Shown here piece after piece: positions 59,001 through 64,000 of a stretch of 64,000 nt of DNA (positions are counted from its first letter, which is position 1; each line of letters starts with the position of its first letter). The DNA lies in assembly GCA_944390735.1 (NCBI GenBank), contig CALXRL010000021.1, positions 17,059-81,058 on the forward strand, written 5' to 3'. Both the position numbers and the translations under genes were made by a program. The DNA is from an uncultured Victivallales bacterium (GTDB taxonomy: Bacteria; Verrucomicrobiota; Lentisphaeria; Victivallales; UBA1829). Below the pieces are notes generated by a model. That model did not search any database. It was not told the DNA's origin and saw only the letters and a list, made by a program, of their open reading frames with translations.

Positions 59001-60042
59001 GAAATTGCAGGGCAAGTTCCGAAACCGAATTGCTTTTCCCGTCTCGCGGAAGTGAGGTCAAGGGGAGTTGATAGCGATATTGTCCGTTTTTCATTTTGAC
59101 TCCGTTCTGAACGATGATTTTCTTCCTGCCGGAGAGGCCGACCTGGACTTTCAGATTTCTGGAAAGCTGAAAACAGAGGCTCAGATCCTTTTCCGGAAGC
59201 GGGGAAAGATCATAGCGCCGATCCAGCAGATTCGTTCCAATCGAAATTCCTCCCCAGGGACTGGTCTTTGACGTCATTTTCAGCTGAATGTCGCGAGTGG
59301 TCGACGGGGAGTCTTTGTACCGGAATCCTCCCCATGCATGATATTTCCAGCTGCGCGGAGCCGGATGAAAGGAAATCCAGGGTGTTCCCGCATCAATTTC
59401 TCCTTTCGGCGCTTCCGCGACGGGTCGCGGCGGTTCCGCCGCGGATTCTCCTTTTGCGGGGGGTGAAACGGTCAGAACGACATCGTCGAAATAGGCTTCC
59501 CCTGTGTTATTGAATCCGTTGGCACACCAGAAGGAGGCGAAAATCAGCGAGGGATGTTCCGGCAGTTTGAGTTTTGTCTGAAGCAGTCCCCAGTCGGTGG
59601 GACCGGAGGAGTCGATGGTGGCGGAGGAGGTGTAAACTTTCCTGTCATGCCCGACCACATAGAATCCGATTCCGACCACCCCGGCGTGCGAAGCCGATAC
59701 CTGCTTGACCCAGGCGGAAAAATGGAGGATTTTTCCCCCGAGTTTCCGCTGCTTTGCTTCTTTCCCGCCGATGATGAAGGCCAGAGTATGATTGACCGGC
59801 CCCTTGTCGGAATCCTTCAGATGAAGAGAGTATTTCCCGGAATGTTTTTCCCTGTCGGTCCGTTCGAAGCATTCGAATGCTTTCTGTTTGTCTTTCGGTA
59901 GGCTCCAGCGCCAGGCGACGGAGGGGAGATTGTCCTTTTCATTCCAGGTTTCGAATCCCGGATTGGTATAAAGATTCTGCTCGGCGCCGCAGAGGGCGCC
60001 GGTCAGCCCTCCGAAGAGAAATAAAATGGTTTTGAATTTCAT
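56086..60042 (-). CDS. Large secreted multidomain GH42-like beta-galactosidase with CBM-like N- and C-terminal domains
   Basis: Signal peptide; NLYTNPGFE...AYFDDV (CBM4/9-like); YELFNE acid/base; YGTIQKANAVWGT; PVINNE nucleophile; ARVAVFYS trimerisation-like domain. Confidence 0.7.
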   Translation of the reverse strand: MKFKTILFLFGGLTGALCGAEQNLYTNPGFETWNEKDNLPSVAWRWSLPKDKQKAFECFERTDREKHSGKYSLHLKDSDKGPVNHTLAFIIGGKEAKQRKLGGKILHFSAWVKQVSASHAGVVGIGFYVVGHDRKVYTSSATIDSSGPTDWGLLQTKLKLPEHPSLIFASFWCANGFNNTGEAYFDDVVLTVSPPAKGESAAEPPRPVAEAPKGEIDAGTPWISFHPAPRSWKYHAWGGFRYKDSPSTTRDIQLKMTSKTSPWGGISIGTNLLDRRYDLSPLPEKDLSLCFQLSRNLKVQVGLSGRKKIIVQNGVKMKNGQYRYQLPLTSLPRDGKSNSVSELALQFPESLPPGELTISDLSIVSTQKAPAPQFAVSAETEAYRKECEEPKVVTQDSYLRPEIRNGTWFFQGKSEFYLGPWIYNQTRTDWNKNANPLKIDHIAYRKGPCKEVFDFMGFNSAQISAAHTLPGIALYGLPVPANFRKTEQEIASYFKGFREIPMVLDFAFGFHEALRLDDPRKHKELDQRNGEWHAFIPFCPEHPEGDRYYRDYFLGGVRAALKNRSNVFVYELFNESSYNCQCRFNAREFAKRMKKRYGTIQKANAVWGTIFDNFEEVARVTNFQQYRKLWPDWCRFSANRYAEILKKYTELIRSVDRRSNVYFTEQAAGKPPAHTGMDYRRIAEVLDVLAIEGGWMYGFKTSLTARNEMEAVVVSGGSSHWFNCDFYQALAKGKKPVINNEHYCMRVEQGIRVPSRKEDMITSLWMEIMHGVSSNYTYVWDKRSYDWKTMEQAKANVIKPSYKSSSMLNPYNWPVSELKAFQLFQQELEPYKERILPFPRTRKARVAVFYSYPTLRMVPFLKYKFNKRMEQWYAAMLHAQIPLKIVFEEDLAKGLDPEIRALVFPAADYVSPETLRNIETFRKRGGIVVAERNAFRMDEYSKELPEIPGLLRLNAEEAEKLPELLLSKGIERYGFLAPADSGKPISMSDLQIIDRGDFKFLFAVAMGEISNRLAEIRLNVNDTGSFYLYDVVGKRIVLNGSSEKWNAADLKRGFRWILPPQERVLFTLERKRPAGAGTISQSELDATFRELRKQDEKKEARLRAAQAQLRKEYEQARIWRDVKTSKCVPVDLRKFVNMDFKDEVAGDRKGGWFDQGNNDFADIPLGRRRFAGVPFEIIDPAGNGNKGVIVLYGTNRDYFPKEMRAIPVGRKAARLYFLHTMGWESDGRVLTYRIHYADGSRMEIPVLGRRDIGAWWGAEPIPNAKIAIEISNGVKDLVNMQCFRWTNPHPEKEIRSLDLLSAQSGAVPAIAAITVEEP

Positions 60043-60066
60043 AAACCTTCATCCTCGTTTCTCGAA

Positions 60067-60747
60067 TTAATAGAATGTGACGCTCTTGTTGCTGTTGATG
60101 ATATAGGCTGTTTCAGATGGTTTGTTCTGAGCCTTTTCATATTGTGGAATGTTGGCCGGAAGAGTCTGTCCCCGGACATGTCCGTCTGACAGAAGAATGG
60201 AGCCTCTTCCGGAATGTCGGTTGGAAATATAGCGGTCATTTGCGTTTGTGTTGTCGAGATAGGCGTGTTCTCCGTTGTCGGTCAGATAAATTTTCTGGCT
60301 GGGCAGATAAATTTTGGAATCCTTGACTCTGTAATCGGGGATTTTGTAAAAATAGAAGCGCAGAAGACCATTCAGATTTGATGTGTAAAAGTCTCCGGTG
60401 ACATTGTAGGTCTGTCCCGTTTTCATTCCCTGACGGTCTCCGGAGCGGATTCTCTCCGGTGCTCCGGGGCAGATGAAGATTTTCTTTGAAAGAGGACTCG
60501 TTTTTGTTGTATAGGACTGTGTCCGATGTGTCCAGTCTCCTGCCGGATAGTAGCCGTCCCATTCAGAGAGATAGAGGTGAATATAAGTTCCAATCTGCTT
60601 TAAATTGCTGAAACAGGTCATTTCCCTTGCCTTTCCTCTTGCTTTTCCCAGTGCTGGAAGGAGGATAGCAACTAAAATAGCAAGGATTGCAATCACGATC
60701 AGAAGCTCTATTAATGTAAATTTCCTGCTCTCTGTTTTTTGTTTCAT
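60067..60747 (-). CDS. Prepilin-type N-terminal methylation domain / H-X9-DG (DUF1559-like) protein
   Basis: [49 protein letters not shown]; [15 protein letters not shown]. Confidence 0.9.
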   Translation of the reverse strand: MKQKTESRKFTLIELLIVIAILAILVAILLPALGKARGKAREMTCFSNLKQIGTYIHLYLSEWDGYYPAGDWTHRTQSYTTKTSPLSKKIFICPGAPERIRSGDRQGMKTGQTYNVTGDFYTSNLNGLLRFYFYKIPDYRVKDSKIYLPSQKIYLTDNGEHAYLDNTNANDRYISNRHSGRGSILLSDGHVRGQTLPANIPQYEKAQNKPSETAYIINSNKSVTFY

Positions 60748-60846
60748 GTTCTGTCCCTCCTGTCTGTTTTAAATAACTCTATGGATTTGTTATGGTTTAA
60801 GAACTTTGTGAGTATCGTTCCGCAAATTTGAACCGTAATCATGGTT

Positions 60847-61926
60847 TTATCCTCTGGCGGTGGATTCTCTGACGATCAGAGAGGTCGGGAATTTTCTGGA
60901 ACGGATCACTGCACCGGTATGGATGGCTCCGATGAGCTGTTCCGTAGCGTAGCGTCCCTGTTCTTTTCGATTCAAGTCGATTGTTGTCAATGCAGGATAA
61001 GTGAAAGCGCCGATCGGCAGATTGTCGCATCCGGCGAGCAGAATGTCCTCCGGCACTCGCAGTCCCATGTCGCGGAGAGCTTTGGCGGCTCCCGGCCCGA
61101 GATTGTCGGTTGTCAGAAAGATGGCGTCGGGAATTTTATGATTCCGTGCCATGAGTTCCTGCACAGCGGCAGCGCCGCTGGCGATATCCGGAGGGCACTC
61201 CACAATCAGTTCCGGGGAAACTTCGATTCCGGATTCCCCCATGGCTTTTTCAAAAATCCTGAATTTTTCCCGGTCGACGTGGCGGGGATCGCTGGACCCC
61301 ATGTAGCCGATATAAGCACAGCGTTTTACTCCGGCATCCCGGAAGTGACGCGCCAGATCGCTCATCGCCGGATGATAATCGGGCATCGCTCCCATCACCT
61401 TCCGTTCCAGATGCTGATCGTTTTCGAATACGCTGACAATCGGACAGCTGCGGGGGAGCTTTTCCAAAAGTGGATTCAACTCTTTCGGATTGTCCTGCCC
61501 GAGAATCAGAAACCCGTCAATGCGTTCTGGCAGCAGGTCCGGAACGTATTCCTTGACAAACAGCTGGACCGTGGTATAGAGTTTGTAGGTGAATTCCGGA
61601 TAGGTCTCCAGAACCTCCTTGATCCCGAGATAGAACTCCCCCCAGAACGGCGTCGTTTCCAGATTGTAGGGAACGGGGGAATAGATCAGAATATGCGGTT
61701 TCGTCAGCTTTTCCGTGATTCGAGTGTATTTCCCGTGAGCAATTTCCAGAATGCCGTTCTCGTTCAGGTTCGACAGCGCAAGCGAAACCGTATTCTTGCT
61801 GACGTTGAAATCCTTGGCCAGCTGTTCCACCGACGGCAGCGCTTCTCCGGCTTTGTATTTTCCTGCAATGATGGACTCAATCACCGCTTTTCGGACCAGT
61901 TCCGTTTTGGATTCCCGTTTGTTCAT
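60847..61926 (-). CDS. GntR-HTH / LacI-sensor hybrid transcriptional regulator (AraR-like)
   Basis: GKYKAGEALPSVEQLAKDFNVSKNTV..AL; GLRVPEDI..AGCDN, YPALTTI, LIVREST. Confidence 0.9.
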   Translation of the reverse strand: MNKRESKTELVRKAVIESIIAGKYKAGEALPSVEQLAKDFNVSKNTVSLALSNLNENGILEIAHGKYTRITEKLTKPHILIYSPVPYNLETTPFWGEFYLGIKEVLETYPEFTYKLYTTVQLFVKEYVPDLLPERIDGFLILGQDNPKELNPLLEKLPRSCPIVSVFENDQHLERKVMGAMPDYHPAMSDLARHFRDAGVKRCAYIGYMGSSDPRHVDREKFRIFEKAMGESGIEVSPELIVECPPDIASGAAAVQELMARNHKIPDAIFLTTDNLGPGAAKALRDMGLRVPEDILLAGCDNLPIGAFTYPALTTIDLNRKEQGRYATEQLIGAIHTGAVIRSRKFPTSLIVRESTARG

Positions 61927-61982
61927 GGGGGATTCGACTTTCTCGTTTTTTTCTAAAACTCTCTCAGTGAGTTGTTTTTTAT

Positions 61983-62011
61983 ATTATATCATAAAGAAGG
62001 AGAATTGTCAA
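61983..62011 (-). promoter_or_regulatory. Consensus sigma70 promoter of the GntR-pilin-GH42 operon
   Basis: Minus strand TTGACA-N17-TATAAT, with an A/T-rich UP-like tract further upstream. Confidence 0.75.
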
Positions 62012-62078
62012 TAGGGAAAAAAAGAAAAAAAAGTTGTTTTCCTGCTGAATTCAGAGAAGGAACAGGGGGAACCGGCGG

Positions 62079-62119
62079 AAAAGACTCAACTGGCCGACCT
62101 GAGGTCGACCGGTTGAGTC
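62079..62119 (-). terminator. Long hairpin terminator after the hypothetical secreted protein gene
   Basis: GACTCAACTGGCCGACCT-G-AGGTCGACCGGTTGAGTC (16/18 Watson-Crick pairs) followed by UUUU on the minus strand. Confidence 0.65.
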
Positions 62120-62137
62120 AGTGAGAGTGTTTGCGGA

Positions 62138-63505
62138 TCAGTTCCCCGGAATTTGCACCGGTTTTTGGGGAAAATCGGAGGCGGAGAGCTGGAACGAAAA
62201 GAGCAGTTCTCTTGCGGTAAGACGAAGTTCGCCTTTCCGGATCACCGTTCCGTCTTTTCCTTTCCGATAGTGGGAGAGCGCGGAGGTGCCCGGTTCAACC
62301 TGCGGGGGAAGGGGGGTTGGATCGTCGAGGAGCCGGCGGGCGGTTTGTTCCGTCAGATTTCCCGCGGCGAGAAGGAACTTGTTTTCCCGGAGTTCCGCGT
62401 AGATGGTGCGGTTGTTTTCCCCGCAGTCGAGCATCCAGAGTCCGGAAGGAAGCTGCTGAATGGTCTTTTCGTTTTTCATGGCGGCAAGGATCGGTTTCAT
62501 GGCGCCGTTCTCAAGTTCCATGGAGAACTTGAGCAGACCGGTCGAGCGCTGTTCGGAGAGAAGGGCTTTGCCGTTGGATCGCATGACGCATTCCTGCACA
62601 TAGAGCGGAATGTTCCGGCGTTCAAGCTGTTTCAGAAGAAGACGTTTCAGCTGCGTGTCGGATGGCAGGTTGAAGAGCGTGTAGGAGTCGGCCGCCTGAA
62701 AGGTGGCCGGGGCGTCGAAGGTTGCGGCAGAGGGCTTCCGGAGGTAGCTTGCCAGCTCCGTGCCGGGTTCCGGAACGAGCGATCCGGAAAAACGGATGGT
62801 GGAGGCATCTGTAAAATTCAGTTCGAAGCGGAGAGTGCGGAGCTGTTCGGTCAGGGCGTCCACGCTGCGGGAAAGCGGATCATCCCAGGCGGGATCCCAG
62901 GCGGGAGCGGTCATGGCGGCGTTTTTCATCGCGGAGGTGACTCCGGGAATCCGGCTGAACGACTGAAAATTCAAATTCAGTTTGAAATCGGGCAGTCCGC
63001 GACCGGTGGAAGCGGGAAAATACGTTTTCTCGATGGTGTTCAGTTCCTGTTCAAACAGCGGATGGGAGGTGTGGAGAAGAATGCTGTTTCCGGAACGGCG
63101 CCGGACGGTCAGGGGTCCGGCCAGGGTGGAGATGGTATCGTCGATTCGAGCGCCGCCTCGCAGGGTCGCGGAAAGGCAGAAGAACATATCGGGCCGGTAC
63201 TGTCCGGCGGGATCCGTAACGCTCTGGCCCGCGCCGGTCAGCAGAACTGCCCGGATCGGCCGGTTGAGGTCAATGGCCGCGGTCTGCGGATTCATGGCGA
63301 TGGCCGCGGTCAGAAAGATGAGCTGGCCGGCGGCCTCCGGCTTCACCTGCGAAACAAAATTTGAGATGGAGTTCGCCAGTTCGGAAAAGGAACGGATCTC
63401 CACTTCGGCCAGAGAAATCGGCTTGAACTCCCGGGCGGACAGCATTCCCGCGGTCAGCAGCGAAAGCAGAAACAGGGTCGTTTTCTGAAAAAAAGAGTGA
63501 ATCAT
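62138..63505 (-). CDS. Hypothetical secreted/periplasmic protein
   Basis: Signal peptide (LFLLSLLTAGMLSA-REF), GGAG RBS, own terminator; no motif recognised. Confidence 0.7.
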   Translation of the reverse strand: MIHSFFQKTTLFLLSLLTAGMLSAREFKPISLAEVEIRSFSELANSISNFVSQVKPEAAGQLIFLTAAIAMNPQTAAIDLNRPIRAVLLTGAGQSVTDPAGQYRPDMFFCLSATLRGGARIDDTISTLAGPLTVRRRSGNSILLHTSHPLFEQELNTIEKTYFPASTGRGLPDFKLNLNFQSFSRIPGVTSAMKNAAMTAPAWDPAWDDPLSRSVDALTEQLRTLRFELNFTDASTIRFSGSLVPEPGTELASYLRKPSAATFDAPATFQAADSYTLFNLPSDTQLKRLLLKQLERRNIPLYVQECVMRSNGKALLSEQRSTGLLKFSMELENGAMKPILAAMKNEKTIQQLPSGLWMLDCGENNRTIYAELRENKFLLAAGNLTEQTARRLLDDPTPLPPQVEPGTSALSHYRKGKDGTVIRKGELRLTARELLFSFQLSASDFPQKPVQIPGN

Positions 63506-63707
63506 AAGGGGTCTCCAATCGTTGAATTGGGAAAACATAGACGCACATTGCGGAAAATGCAATCCTGGAAATGGAGATTTCTGAAAAAGGAGTTTCTGGC
63601 TCTGTCGCTCCTTCCCGGGAAGAAAATGGGGGTGCGCGGATTGACTTTTCGGAGGATCGATTTATATTAGAGGTGTCATTCTGGAGTGTCTAATTCGGGA
63701 ATTCGCG

Positions 63708-64000
63708 ATGGTTAAATTCTGTCCGCACTGCAATCGGGAGGAGAAGGCGGAGATTGATTCCGCAACCGGGGGGATTCTTTGCACAGCATGCGGGACTCTT
63801 CTCGGGTACTCCGCGGCGGCTCTGCCCGCCGGAACCATGGTGGCCGGATTCCGGATCGAAAACGAGATCGGGCGCGGCGGAATGGGGGTTGTTTACAGGG
63901 CCACCCAGCTGAATCTGCAGCGCCCGATTGCGCTGAAGGTGCTTTCCGACGAGCTTTCCAGCGACAGCGCGTTTGTGGAAACCTTTTTTCACGAGGCCCG
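63708..64000 (+). CDS. Ser/Thr protein kinase with N-terminal Zn ribbon (partial; runs off the window edge)
   Basis: Not in the ORF track. Manual translation: MVKFCPHC...ILCTACG...FRIENEIGRGGMGVVYRATQLNLQRPIALKVL...FFHEA; upstream TTGACT-N16-TATATT at 63641. Confidence 0.88.
   Translation, partial: MVKFCPHCNREEKAEIDSATGGILCTACGTLLGYSAAALPAGTMVAGFRIENEIGRGGMGVVYRATQLNLQRPIALKVLSDELSSDSAFVETFFHEA

Noticed and set aside
1-64000. tRNA, rRNA, IS elements, prophage or integrase
   Set aside because: No such motifs or genes were recognised anywhere in the window.

Overview
GC-rich (about 58-60% by eye) bacterial chromosomal segment with about 45 protein-coding genes. No rRNA, tRNA, CRISPR array, integrase or transposase was seen. 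Several prepilin-like H-X9-DG proteins, many secreted CAZymes and esterases, Hanks-type Ser/Thr kinases, DapL and Re-citrate synthase suggest an anaerobic PVC-superphylum organism, most likely Lentisphaeria/Victivallales (inference). The most striking structure is a module that occurs three times: sugar-responsive repressor, then prepilin-like H-X9-DG protein, then a secreted glycoside hydrolase, each behind a near-consensus sigma70 promoter and with no SusC/SusD or ABC permease. The first copy converges on a fused double-PilT retraction ATPase. Also notable are a ROK-controlled catabolic cluster of divergent enzymes tied together by a shared operator, a non-RD LRR receptor-like kinase, a multibranched structured element upstream of dapL, and apparent strong enrichment of the palindrome TCCGGA. 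All calls come from reading motifs by eye; no database searches were run.
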